Shown here piece by piece: positions 26,500-40,130 of a stretch of DNA of 64,000 nt. The notes under the pieces were generated by a model. The model did no database searches, was not told the DNA's origin, and was given only the letters and a program-made list of their open reading frames with translations. The translations under genes were made by a program, and so were the position numbers. The stretch comes from Octopus vulgaris (taxonomy: Eukaryota). The stretch is from the NCBI GenBank assembly GCA_951406725.2, contig OX597821.1:53568001-53632000 (forward strand), given 5' to 3'. Position 1 is the first letter of the stretch, and each line of letters opens with the position of its first letter.

Positions 26500-28380
26500 A
26501 ATTATATAACATAAGATAACAAATCCAAGGCTGTGAGGAGTTTTCAGGACAGTTACAAGGAAAAAGATATAGATGTAGTCTTGCAGCTGTTTCTGGGATA
26601 TTATGGATATTCCTTTCACCAGAGGCGATGTGAGTTAAATAGAGGTAAATATTTAAGTTCGAAAAATGAATTATTATGGAAAAGGAGGAAATAGGGAATA
26701 TAGAGAATGAAATAAGAGAATGAAGGTTGAAATAAAATATAAAATATATAAAGATATTGTAGTTGCAGTTCCATTATTCGAGTAAAGTGGTGTATAGAAG
26801 TGGTAAAAAATATTCCTGTACATGGTATGTAAGTTCCAATAGTAGCTCATGTTTAGTCATTTCAAAGTATGGAGTCGTAGATTCTGTGCTGCTCATTCGA
26901 AAGGGTTATACAGTGTGAATGAAAATTTGAGAATGTATTAGTAGTATTTGTGGATAGATGGGGAAGCGGAGAGATGTGTATGATTAGAATGAGGAGATAG
27001 GTCAAAATCAAAGAAGAAGAGAAAATGAGAGGAATAAAGAGAGAAAAAAAAAGAGAGAACTATGTGAAAAGTGTGAAAAAAATGATGAAAAGGTGGAAGA
27101 AGTGAGAAAAGGAATGTTAGTTGGTGGTCAAGATAATGTCAGGGGAGGATGGAAGAGAAGGGGGGCTAGGAACAGAGGATATGGTAAAGAGGGAATAAGT
27201 GTAAGATATGTGATTAGGGGTAATATGATAGAACTACATTAAGGGATGGGTAAAGAAATGGTATGGATAAAGTGATACTAAATTGAGAAGTAGTTTTAGT
27301 AGTAAAATTTAAAGTGTAGAGAAGATAACAAGGATGTCAAATTACTACAAATATACGTATATGAAAGTTTAGTGTGATAGGTAAGAATCGGAGAGGAAGA
27401 AAGAAGATATAATGGCCTGCGTAGGCGCGCACATACGTACATATACATGTGTGCATATGCATACATACATACACGCATACATGCACACGCAAATACATTC
27501 GCGCAGGCGCACAGTCGCTTACACAAAGTCACACGCACGCGCGAATACAGGTACACACGTGTATATATATGTACAGATACACACACTCACTCATATATAT
27601 GTATATACATATGCACGTACATATGCATACACACAGATATATGTATGCATACATATATCCACATACATACATAAATATACATATACACACAGACACACAG
27701 ACATATATATCAGCTTGAATGTCCATATATGTAGTATTAAATGATTGAGATCCTTAAAGTTAGATAGGGGAGTTAAAGAATTAAAGATTAAACATTAAAA
27801 TAGAGACAAAGGAAAGTTAGGTAGGGTTGTCGGTGATTACCTAAGGGGTGTTGTGGATATGTTGTGTGGTTATTTCGATTGCATTTAGATCTGTGGTAAA
27901 ATTTTAAGGTATGAAATAAGCGGTGGTTGCATGTACTTAGGGCCTCATTATATTTATTTAGTAGTGTCAAGGTGTTGTGTTTTAATATTTGGGATGAACC
28001 CATTTAAGCATAACGTACAGGCTAAGCGTTGACCTTGGTACCAAAGCCCTGAATCTATAATGGACCATGACAAAATGTAGAGAATATGTCTATTTTGTGG
28101 TGATGTATGTGACTGGTGAGTGTTGTGGATTTACTTCGTTTCTCGTATCTAAACGAATCGATATGAGCGGCACATCGCTGCTTAAAATTTATAGTTGACC
28201 CTGTATATAGCTCTAGAATTGTGTAATGTGTTGAGGTCGGTGCATTTAGAAATGGGTTTGTAGAGGGCAGATGCACCCATGATGGCAGTTACAAGGGTCT
28301 GTATTTCGGGGATTATTTTCTGGATTGGAGGAGGTAATACTGTCAGAGGAAAGATTAGACAAAGGGTTGTAATGTCCAAG
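26500..28380 (-). mobile_element. Penelope-like element 3' remnant: GIY-YIG relic, long low-complexity 3' region, terminal hammerhead-like motif
   Basis: ORF 28055-28276 LYTGSTINFKQRCAAHIDSFRYEKRSKSTTLTSHIH preceded by ICPL; minus-strand CTCTGGTGA-AAGGAATAT..ATATCCCA-GAAACAGCTGCAAGA at 26579-26624; bounded by (TA)n and (CA)n. Confidence 0.6.
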
Positions 28381-28396
28381 TTATTAGTATTTATAC

Positions 28397-28542
<146 letters not shown>

Positions 28543-30429
28543 TTTGTTTCACTTATTTTAACTGCTGCTATGGTGGAGCACAGCATTTAAGTGCTGACAA
28601 ACACGCACATTGGCAACATTTCTTGAGAATGGGGTCATAACACCGAAATATTGAATTCAAGGTAAGTGTACATTAAATCACATATTTGTTTTCTTGATTT
28701 ACCTTGCATTTACTTCGCATTGTTTTGACCTTACCCACGATCTTTTATAATATACATATATATATTATGTATGCATGTATGTATGTATGTATGTATGTAT
28801 GTATGTATGTATGTATGTATGCTATAAAGAATCCCAGTCGTGTATCTTGCATATGTTAAAAAATAAATGTATGTATGTGTCTGTGCACATATGTGTTAAT
28901 GTGAACGCGTTTGTGTGAGCTTTCCTTTGTGTGTTTGTGTGTGTGTGTGTGTGTGTGTATGCGTGTGCGTGTGCGCGCACGTGTGTGTTCTTTATAGCCA
29001 GAGAGGTGAAATAATGTCACTGAAAAATATTTGATTAAATTGCTGATAATAGTATTGGTGACTATAATTTGTCATATATTTTCCAAGTTTTAATTGCCTC
29101 TGCGCTACAGGTATTAAAAAAAGACTTGGTTGCATTGTTAGTTATACATTTGTCAGTAATAGTATGATATGCATTTCCTTAATTATTTATTTTACGAAAA
29201 TGATTCAAGAAAAAAATATTAAGTCTATCAGCTTTTGGAGGATTAACATTTTAATGGATAGAAACATCATCTCTATGTGGATCTATGATATGGAAAAGGA
29301 AAGTTCAAATTGAAATGGCAAATATAATCAAAACTACATCGCTAATTTTAATTAAGTCTTTTACTTCTGTTGTGTTCAATATTTAGGCTGCATTGTTTGT
29401 TAATCCATAGAGAATAGCTGTAGCTTACTAGCTTTCTATGCATCTGGAGTATGTTTGCCTTTTTTGTGACTCACTAATTTTGAAAACTGATTTAACAAAA
29501 TCAAGCGCCCTAATAATTAGCTGTGTAATTATGTATTAGTCTTTTGTGTCTAATTGTAGTACTTCACAGATAAATTTTGGAAGTATATGACATTCGAACA
29601 TTCTCCAGTTGAAAATTGCTGATATTCGTCAACATGAAATTCTCGTTTTTTTTTTAAAATTTAACATTAATTCCACAAAATTTATTATAAAATATATATG
29701 TGCGCGGGTAGAAGTAGTCATAAATATATAGAGTATTGAATATACACGAATATACATCAAATATATATACACTAATAAATATTATTAGCAGCAAAATGCT
29801 GGTCTTGTACAATATTAGGAATACTATCACTCATTTACCCGTCATTTTTTGTGGCCAGTTCGCTTTATAGCATTAGACTATTTGAAATTGAGAAAAAAAA
29901 ATGGTATTCAATATTAAAATAAAAAAAACTGAACGTTTTCGAAGAGCGTTACAATTTGTAAACAAATGTAAATTTTATAATTTACAAAAACTGAATTATA
30001 ATAAAAAAAAACGGCATTTAGGAAATCAGGGCAAAAGATAAAACGCCAATTTTATGCCAACAGCAGCAGATGAATGAAATGACGCCAATTAAAAGTGAGT
30101 TCAGCAAATATGAATCGGCTAGTTTGTTGCAAAATTTGTCTGGTCACGTTCAATTCGATTTCTTGAATATCTCGTTCTCAGTGTGTTAGACAAATAGTTT
30201 GTAAAAAATTCGAATGGTGTAAATTTTTTTATATACAGATTTCTACATTTCCTTTTCTATCACCGGAATACTGTCGAATTTCCCTCCTTTCCCAATGAGA
30301 AATATTGCTCTAGTATATTGCGGATGAGAGCGAAAATATATTTCATGATAAGAAACATTTTTAGTTGGGAGTAGAAACCAATTACAATTCTTTAAGAATT
30401 TGTGTAACGCATCTATTAAGAAACCTAAT

Positions 30430-30705
30430 CTTTTACTTGTTTCAGTCATCTAGCTGCGGTCATACTGGGGCACTCCTTAAAGGGTTTTACTCTAACAAAT
30501 CGACCCCAGGACACATATTTTTAAAGTTTAGTACTTACTCTGTTGGAGTCCCTTTGCTGAACCGCTATGTTACAAGGATGTAAGCATAAATTCACCGGTT
30601 GTCAAGCGGTGTTGGGGCAAACATACAGAGACACATATGCCCACGGTGCCATGTAGTGGGACTGAATCCATAGTTATGTGGTTAGGAAGTAAGCTTCTCA
30701 CTACA
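30430..30705 (-). mobile_element. SINE family B, diverged with internal deletion
   Basis: TTACTTGTTTCAGTCA...TGCCCACGGTGCCATGTAGTGGGACTGAA. Confidence 0.65.
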
Positions 30706-31637
30706 TGTGAATTTGGTATGTGAATTTGGTTTTCAGATACGATTTGAAACATTAAAAACTTTCACAACATCGTGGCGAAGAAAGCCGAATTTTATGAATG
30801 CAAACTATTTCCCATATAAAAATTGTCCCCTAAGGGACACCACGTGATTGTAAAAATCTTTCGTTTTCTCATTAGTAAATGGGTCGGGCGAAAAATTTAT
30901 TTATCAGTTGTATGTTGGTCGGGGGAATGAAAACAAATGTGTTGATACGTTCGATATTCATTAGGTATGGGTGTCGGTGGCTAGAGGACAGTATAAATAG
31001 TAACAATTTAAGAAAAAAAACATTTATAGTGATGGCTGCTATTTCAAGTATGCCCAGCATCCACATTCAAGCCATATAGAAGAAAATAAGATGTTTGAAA
31101 TTGTATTCCCCCTTGCCCCATAATCCTAATAGCCTTATTTTTGAAGTTGAATTCATAGAAACTTAAAAAAATTTGAAAGAAAAATGTATGTGTTGGCGGA
31201 TATATATAAAATCTGTAAAAAATTAATAGGCTTGTTTTTTTTTCGGGGAGGGGGGAGGACAAATGCGTAACCGAAGAAATTTTTTATATTTTACATTTAA
31301 AAAAAAAGTGAAAGGAAACGAAAATTGTTCGCACGTGTAATCAACACATCTGCCACAATTTCTTCCAATTTTCTTCTGTTTATACCTACAAACTGCCGAT
31401 GAAGACATCACCACTTTGCTCGCATTAGTTGCTCGGTGCGTGAGTTGACACGAGGGTGACAAATTGGGATGAGCTGTGTGACTAGACGAACATCACGAAA
31501 TATCCGTGATTGAGTGTTGGTGAAACCCCAAAAATATGCATATGCATTTGTGCGTGTGTGTGTGGGGGGGACAAGTGTGTTTACGTGCATGTACTTGTGT
31601 GTGTGTGTTAGCGCGCTTATGTGTGTGAATTTTATGC

Positions 31638-31685
<48 letters not shown>

Positions 31686-33573
31686 GGAGAGAGGCAGCGA
31701 GTACGAAAATGAACGAATGTCTATTTCATGTGTAAAAGTAAAGAGAAACGATGTGTGTTGTCATAGTGGTATTGTATGGTGTGTAAGGCGTGTAAATTGC
31801 GAGTATGTGTTAACATAAGTGACTCTGTTAACACAGAAAAACTGAAAGTGTGACTCCTTGTCCTAACATGGGGAGAGCGTCAGATGTGTGTGTCTTAACA
31901 TAAAGTGTATTGATCTATTGCGCGTCTTTGTGTTCGTGCACGTGTGTGAATGAGTGAGTGTGTGCATGTGTGTGTTTGTGTGATTTAATTTCGATCGTAC
32001 GATGCGCGATTGCAAATATGCAGACAGCTTTAAAAGTGTGTACGTGTGTATGTAGCACAGTAGGGTGTGCGATGTGTGTGTGTTGATAAAAAGAAAGTAT
32101 AAGGTTTGCTCGCGTGTATTTTGTTTGAGAATATACCGACTACAGTCTGTGTGTGAGTTAACACAGATTATATAGAATGTCAGGGTGTTAACACAAACAA
32201 TGTTAACGGTGTGTGTATGTGTGTGTGTGTGTGTATGTGCATGTGTGTGTTTGTGTGTCGGAGTTGAGACAGGAGGTTTAAGATATGTCCGTCTTAATAC
32301 ATACAGAGTGTACGGTATGTGTTTGTGTTAACATATATTGCGTGTGATAATATGTGTGTGATAATATACGGAGTATATGAATGTTGTGTGAATGAGTGTA
32401 CGTATGTTAAAATACAAAGAATGTAAGAGGTATGTAAATACTGGGCGTAAGATGAGTGCTTAAACATACAGTAAGTGGAAGAAATGCGTGCGCAAACATA
32501 GAGTGCATTAAGTTAGTTGTAAATATTAAGAGTCAAGATCGCAGAAGCAAGGGGAAAAAATGACATCAGCTAATGACAGGGCGACGTAGGAGTGGGGGAA
32601 GATTAAGAGAGCAAAATCTATTGGTATAAGAGGTTTAAGGGTAAGGGAGATAATGAGAGAGAACGAGAACGTGATTGTATGTCAGTGTGTGTTTGTGAGA
32701 CGGAAGCAACTAAGGAGGGATATAACATGTGCATATGTATATATATTATCTACATGTATACATGCATATGTGTATATGTGTGTGTGTATCTATGTTTATA
32801 TTTATATTATTATGTCTGTATGCATGGATATAAATACTTATCAATATATATGTATATATATGTATCTACTTACATGTATGCATATGTGCGTCCATGTGTG
32901 AGCACGTGTTACTGTATATGTCTATGCATGTATGTGTGTATATTCGTATCTATGTGCGTGTGCATGTATGCGCATAAAAATGTAAGCAAAAGAGAATGGA
33001 TTGAACAAACAGGTTTTATTGCATGATACTTCAATTGTTTCCTCAACTTCTTTCTCAGCAGAACATGGCTGAAAGACGCAGGTGTGGCTCTGTGGTAAGA
33101 AGTATGCTCCCCCACTACATGGTCCAGGGTCTAGTCCCATTGCATGACACCTCGGACAGGTGTCTTCTCGTGTGGATTTGGCAGGCAGAAACAGAAAGAA
33201 ACCATCATATATATATATATTTGATTGTATGTATATTTGATATATATATTTGATTGTATATATATATATATATATTTATGTACGTATATAGTCAAATCAA
33301 ATAAATGAATATTAATAACAATAACAAGTAACAAGAGGACTTGTACATGGAATGTATGAGTTTGATCTACAGTAAAAACAATGAGTCTTTCACGTATCGA
33401 GCATATCTCTACACCAGGAAGAAAAAGGGAAATGGGAAAAGTCCAAAGAAGGGAAAAAAATTACCTACATGACGTGCTACATTCATATTTTGCATGTTCC
33501 CCTTTCGATTTTCACTACATTTCCAACAACACATCGTTACTAATTACCTAGCTTCTTTTTACCATTCTTAATA

Positions 33574-34827
33574 CAGTACCTTGCAAAAGTCTTCGGTCAC
33601 TTTAAACTATTGTAAATTTCTATTAATATTTGTTTCGCATTGCGTTTTTTACAGATGAAACACTGGCCCTGTTGGAGTCATTTTCATATCTAATCATTAT
33701 ATTTTTCAGAAGGGGTTCTGAATGAGAAGGGAAGATGCTAGACGACAATCAAAATAGGCGTGCACAAGATCTGTTTCATTCTCACCTTTTCATCTTTTTT
33801 CTCGTGTCCAATTTTTAATTTGTTATTCCATGTGGTCAGTGTCTGATGATTGTGCTGGGACATCAGACTTTTATAATCACTGTCTGGCATGTTCTCAGCA
33901 CATGAAACAAATAGTAGGACATAAAAACAAATATTGTGATTATTAGATAATACTTATCTCTCATCAGATGGCTACCTTTTTTTTATGTTACCCTCCCGGG
34001 ACAGTGCACTGTATATATATATATATATATGTGTATGTATGTATATATTTATAAATATGTGTGTGTGTATGAGCGTGTGTGAGTGTATGTGTATGTGAAT
34101 TAAGTCTGATATTAAATTGTCCTTCAACAACTGGATGTATTTGGCACTATTCAAGTAACCCTCAATTTTAACCAACTTTCTTGAACCATCACGGTAACTT
34201 GAATAGTTCCAAATACATCTAGTAGGAGAAGATGAGATTTTTCAGCGTGAGCAAGCTCTATGTCACATATCAGGTGCAAAACAACAGAGTCTGGCTGATG
34301 AAGGTGACACCGTATTGAACCCTGACTTAAATATCATCAAGCAAATTTGTATAAAACTAAAGATGTGTTCGTCAAAGGAATCCATGCAATCTTGAAGAGT
34401 TATGGGAGCTCAGTCACAGTAAATGGAATCGCATACCTGTGAAGATGGTGAAGGATTTGTACGCATCCCTTCCCAGGCGCTTTGAAGCAATTATTCAAGC
34501 TAAATATTAACAATGTATTGTAACTTCTTGAAATGAACATTATGTAATACATTTTCATTATAGGAATTTCTCTATCTTAAAACACTGAAACGTGATTGGA
34601 TTATGTGAGGTGGCCGAACACTTTTGCATGGTCATTTTTGGTGGTCGTCTCGCATCTTCTCCACTCATTCAGAACCCCTACGACAAAATATAAGGATTTG
34701 ATATGGAAATGACTCCAACAGGGCCAGTGTTTCATCTGTAAATAATGCAATGCGAAACATCAACTTATAAGTTGGCAATTTGTAATTTGTAAGAGTTTAA
34801 AGTGCCGAAGACTTTTTCACAATACTG
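33574..34827. mobile_element. Tc1-like element with long (~190 bp) TIRs, IR/DR type, internally rearranged
   Basis: TA|CAGTAC...ATACTG|TA ends; long matching arms (e.g. ACAGATGAAACACTGGCCCTGTTGGAGTCA / TGACTCCAACAGGGCCAGTGTTTCATCTGT); transposase relics PDLNII, LYASLPRRFEAIIQAK (+) and VKIEGYLNSAKYIQLLKDNL (-). Confidence 0.8.
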
Positions 34828-35292
34828 TATAGTGAAACGACCTGTTTCTTCTAGCCAACATTTTCACTCTCTCTCTCTCTTTCAATCTAACTCATTGAAT
34901 TTTTCTTATCTGTTATCTATTGTCACATGCACTTTTTCTCTCCATGCTCTCATCGTTTTTAGTTCCGACTCTCATTGATTCAAATTCCTCGTACCCTACA
35001 GATGATGCCGAGTGATTTCCAATATTCGTTTTTTCGATCCGCCTCTATTTTGTTTATGTGAACCACTCATTCGGCAAGTTCTAATGTTCGAAGGAGAACA
35101 ACATATATCATTTGCTTGAATAGTAATACATCTGTCTCTCTACAGTTTTATGTTTACGTCGTATGTTGAAATTCTTTATCACTTCAGTCATATTCTTCAT
35201 AATATTAACACACCCGGGATCCGTACTGCATGTGCTAGGACTTTAGAAAATTATTGTCAACATAAAGCATACAAAATAGGTTGATTCCCTTG

Positions 35293-35581
35293 TACATGGC
35301 TGAAAAGTGTTCTTCCATAAATAATGTCCTAATATATCATTTGTATATCACACTGTGATTTTCCTTATACATCCTTTCACACACATATTCACTCATACAC
35401 ACACATACCTACATAATACAAACATACACATCCGTGTGTGTGTAGTGTGTGAATGTGCTGTGTGTGTAAGTGTTGTGTATGTGTATGTGTGCGTGAATGT
35501 GGATAAGGAAAATCACAGTGTGATATACAAATGATATAATATTAGGACAATATTTATGGAAAAACTCTTGTCAGCCATGTA
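35293..35581. repeat. Fold-back inverted repeat with (CA)/(TG)-rich centre
   Basis: TACATGGCTGA...ATCACACTGTGATTTTCCTTAT versus ATAAGGAAAATCACAGTGTGAT...TCAGCCATGTA. Confidence 0.85.
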
Positions 35582-37011
35582 GAAGGCAATGTGTGTATAA
35601 AGTTATTTAACCGATTTAAATTTAAACTGCAATACCTTTTAGTAAAGGTCAAATGCATTAACGGTTACACAGTAAGCGTTGACAGAGATTCCGAACTTCT
35701 ACGAAGCATTTGCATACGGCAATATAATATAAAGACAAATAACCAAGCAGACCAGAAAGCTCTCAGTGACGCATATAATAACATAGTATCTTTAAGTCTA
35801 AGCTTCCGACAGTAGGCAGCTCAACATTTCATAACAGATATCTAACATTAATATCATCTGTCGCATTCAGTGTGATCAACTCATTTAGCTTCAGACATCC
35901 TTTTGTGAACACTAAAACACAAAAATAATCAAACATCTATTAAAAGTAATGGCGTGATCTTTATTTGTCACATCTGAACTTGAAACATCTGAAATGGATA
36001 CACTTGCTTACAAGTTACTACCACGCTTGAATCTGCCCTAAACAGTACAAAGTTCCAACATGAAACCAAACAAATTTCCCCATCATAACAGAAGCTCAAC
36101 TTGCATCCCACAACATGTGTATTCCTCGAATCTTCAGCACCTTCTCTTCCGACACAATTATATCTACATACTACCCGAAGCACGAATTATCAGTTTACAT
36201 TGCTCCAAATCCTCTCCGCAGAAAAAAAAAACGAAGAAATCTCAATTATTCAGTGATTAAATAAAGTGAAAAAGAACACAAGGTAGCAGAGTTTGATTAA
36301 GGAAAAATAGACGGGAGTTATAATCAGCTTTCTGGTAAATGATTAATAAACCCACACACGCACAGCAACACACACACACATATATATATAAATATATATA
36401 CACGGTTGGCGTCCTAAAATTTTAGAAACATTCAAATATTTTCGGAATTTTTTCACGCAGTACATAAGGTTATGTAAATATAGGGTTTAAAAAATCACTT
36501 TAGATTGAAAACTTTAATGGTTACTCGTGGGACATGAATGCACATCTTATGTAGGCATTACAGGAGTTCTATTATTAAGCAAAAACACAATTCTAGTTTC
36601 TCCATCCACATTAGAACCTTTATTCCTGTCAGAGAGAATTGTATGTTGTTAACGTCATAATTCGAAAATTATCAGCATTACCTGGAATAATTCTCCGTAT
36701 GGTTGTCGAAGTATATATATTTACAAACACATGTGTGTATGTGTGCGTGGTGTTTCATATGTGTGTGTGTCTGTGTTTGCGTGTGTGTGTGAAAGAGAGA
36801 AAGAGAGATATACAGAGAAAGTGAGTGGGCGAATGATAGGGAGAGAGGGAAAAGTAGATTGTAAAGGGTACATAGGCGTATGTATATATAGATAATTACA
36901 CACACACACACATACACACCCAGTGTATTATGAGTTTACACCGTTTGTAATTTACAATTCAAATATAATGCGGTGTCAATGCTCGGACAACGCATCTAAA
37001 CATATCTGAGG

Positions 37012-37046
<35 letters not shown>

Positions 37047-37050
37047 CATG

Positions 37051-37092
<42 letters not shown>

Positions 37093-37294
37093 CATATGTT
37101 CCTGTTGGAGACCTAGGAGTAGACCAAGTATCAGATGGTTTGATATTAACCACCACTGTGATTTGGTCACGCTTGGAAATTCACTCGGAAAGTCTAATGA
37201 TTGTTGCTTTTCTCTTAAACACCCCGAATTATAGATTAACAATGCATATGTGACCGACTTAAAAGCCTCCATACCAGCCTACTTACGTCACTTT

Positions 37295-37369
37295 AAAGTG
37301 ATCATCAAAACATTGTGAGCGGATTTGGCAGACGGAAACTGAAGGAAGCCCGTCGGATAAATATATACG

Positions 37370-37420
<51 letters not shown>

Positions 37421-37590
37421 CAAGCGGCGTTAGTGTGTTAACTTCCTTGTAACGTAGCTGTTCGGCAAAACAGAACAATAGAATAAGTACCAAGCTTAAG
37501 AAGTAAATTAGAACTGTGGGTTGATTGGATTAAAACTCCTCAAGGACCCCCACTCCAGCGTAGAAACTTATTAATGACTGAAACAATTAG
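37295..37590 (+). mobile_element. SINE family B, 3' part
   Basis: GGATTTGGCAGACGGAAACTGAAGGAAGCCCGTCG, microsatellite, GTTCGGCAAAA...ATAGAATAAGTACC. Confidence 0.7.
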
Positions 37591-38179
37591 CAAAAAAAAA
37601 AAAAGATTCTCTACCTATTTTCATGTATTTAAGCATTACCTAGTCACATATATAGGATCAAGCAAGATGAGTGATGTTCATAAATGACTGAAGGGTTGTG
37701 AAACGTTAATTGAAAGTGCTTCATCTGGTTATGAATTGACATACCAGGCTGTTGATATTTTGGATCCTACCACACAGTTATTGATATCTTGTGACGTTTA
37801 GCGTGTCTGCTAAAGAGGTTACCATGTAGGGAGAAATGCTCTCATGACGTAATTGGTTTGATTTCTAGCTGAAGTACGTAATACGGTTTGAAAAATGAGT
37901 GAGTGTTACTTTAGCAATAGATTAAAATCTTGAGGTAAGGTGAAAATCTAAATAAAATCATTTGTCTTGCGAGAAATACAGACTAATCTACCTGAAGTGA
38001 CTGTCTTCTGTATTACATAAAGGACACATAGAGCTAAAGAAAAGAGATGAGGAAGTTACAACTGGAACCCCTTCGATCATATATCTCTTCGATTAGGGCT
38101 TATCAAGGTTCAAATCCAAGAGAAGTACCAAGAGTTAAAATATTCTGACGTCAAAATATTTGCATATCTTTCATTTTTT

Positions 38180-38577
38180 CCAACTTTCATTCAACGTACT
38201 GGATCCATGCCGGGGCACCACTTTGAAGGGTTTCAATCAAACAAACTGATCCCAGTACTTACAATTATTTTGAAAGCCTAGTACTTATGTTATTGGTCTC
38301 ATATGCAAAACCGATAACTGATGCAGACATCCATCAACCACAACCGTGACATGCACTAACATGCAAACACTCAAAAATCGGTATATACATATATATATAC
38401 GCATAAGGATACGGCGAGTTTCTTTCGGTTTCTGTTTACTAAATTCACTCATAAGTCTGGTCGTCTAGGTGGTAGTATAATAGAAGACACTTGTCCAAGT
38501 TGTCACCCAGTGGGACTGAACTCAGAATTATATGGTTGGGAAGTAAACTTCTCACCATACAGCCACACCTGCACCTA
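38180..38577 (-). mobile_element. SINE family B, diverged
   Basis: GAAGACACTTGTCCAAG...CAGTGGGACTGAAC...CAGCCACACCTGCACCT. Confidence 0.7.
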
Positions 38578-39725
38578 TATGTATATATGTATATAAGATA
38601 TATCTAATAACGCAAATTACAATATTAGAATAAAAGTTACGTTTGTGAAAAGCTGCCGCCGTGGTTAACTTTGCCTTTCAGACTTTCGAATCTATAAAAC
38701 AATCACGACCTGAATACTAGAACGATACATCTGATTCGCTCTCATCCCCTTAAATTTCTGACAACGTGCCAAAATCTGAATGAGGAGAAATTGATGGGAA
38801 TATATGCCACTGTGTCGTATCGCGACATACGTCATTAGTTCGCGTCTTAAACAGTACGAAACACTAAAAGAAAAAAAAAGACCTAACTACACTAAATGTC
38901 CAAAGTTACGCCTCATTTGTTCGAATTTAAATCTAGTCTAAGTAAATATTGCTTTCTCAGTACTGTGCTGATTTGAAGTAAATAGCTTAATCGTTCTAAG
39001 ATTAGCCTTTAGCTTATTCTTATAATACTGACATTTAGTATAGTATTAGCAAATTGGAGATTGATTTCGCCTAAAGAATGTATTAGAATAAATGAATATA
39101 ATGGTGTGGAAATATAGGCACTTCCGAAGCTGTTATATGATCAAACATCTAATCAACTTAAAATGCACATTCAAAATGCTGCTAACGCTATTAGAAAATA
39201 TTTGAATGACACATCTGTAGTCGCTAGTTTTTCAAGTGTAAATTTAAAGATATATTGTGAAAAGTTGTCTATACGTTGAAAGAAAGTTATAAGTTAGAGT
39301 AGAAAACAGATTAAATGCCTTCATGTAATTTATTACTGAACACTGCTCTCAGTTCAAGTCCTAATTGGGTTAACTTGAATACTCTTCTCACTGGAGAAAA
39401 TAAATTGTGAACTGGTAATGTACAAGTGAATGTTCAATTGAAAACTGTTTACATTGAATAGTAAACTTATGATTGCAAAAGTCAATGGATAGGTAAAAGA
39501 AATTTACTGTTTTTGAATAAGTATAAAAAAAAACGATGCATGTCTAGTAGTTCCATCTTGTCTGCTAAAATTCAAGTATTTACTCTCACAACACAATTCC
39601 TATTTAGAACTGGTATTTAACTTTATTTTGTTTGGTACATTGACGTTGTGTTCATTGTTTAACTCTCCTTGATACCGATACGTATAAATGATAATTAAAG
39701 GTATCTCGCGCATATACTTTATTTT

Positions 39726-39885
39726 CATTTGACGGATATTTGTCCTCATCTTCTTTGTTGTTTAACACAACGTTTCGGCTGATATACTCTCAAGCCTTCA
39801 TCAGGTTTCTTGAGGAAATTTCGAACCTGGGTTCTCATTCCTAAGGTATTTTTCTATGTTGTTGTTATTATTATTATTATTAATA

Positions 39886-39950
<65 letters not shown>

Positions 39951-40130
39951 ACATCGAAATATACCTTAGGAAGGAGAACCCAGGTTCGAAATTTCCCCCA
40001 AGATATCTGATGAAGCCTGGAGGGTATATTAGTTGAAACGTTGCGTTAAACATCAAACAAGATGAAGATAAATATCCGTGAAATGTAAATAATGTACATA
40101 TTTCCTCATCTCTTAAATATAGAACTGTAT
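39726..40130. repeat. Fold-back element with central (ATT)n and a minimal hammerhead motif in each arm (PLE pLTR-like)
   Basis: Arms ~39726-39860 and ~39950-40085; + arm 40002-40047 CTGATGA..GAAACGTT; minus arm 39764-39809 CTGATGAAGGCT..AGCCGAAACGTTGTGTT. Confidence 0.8.
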
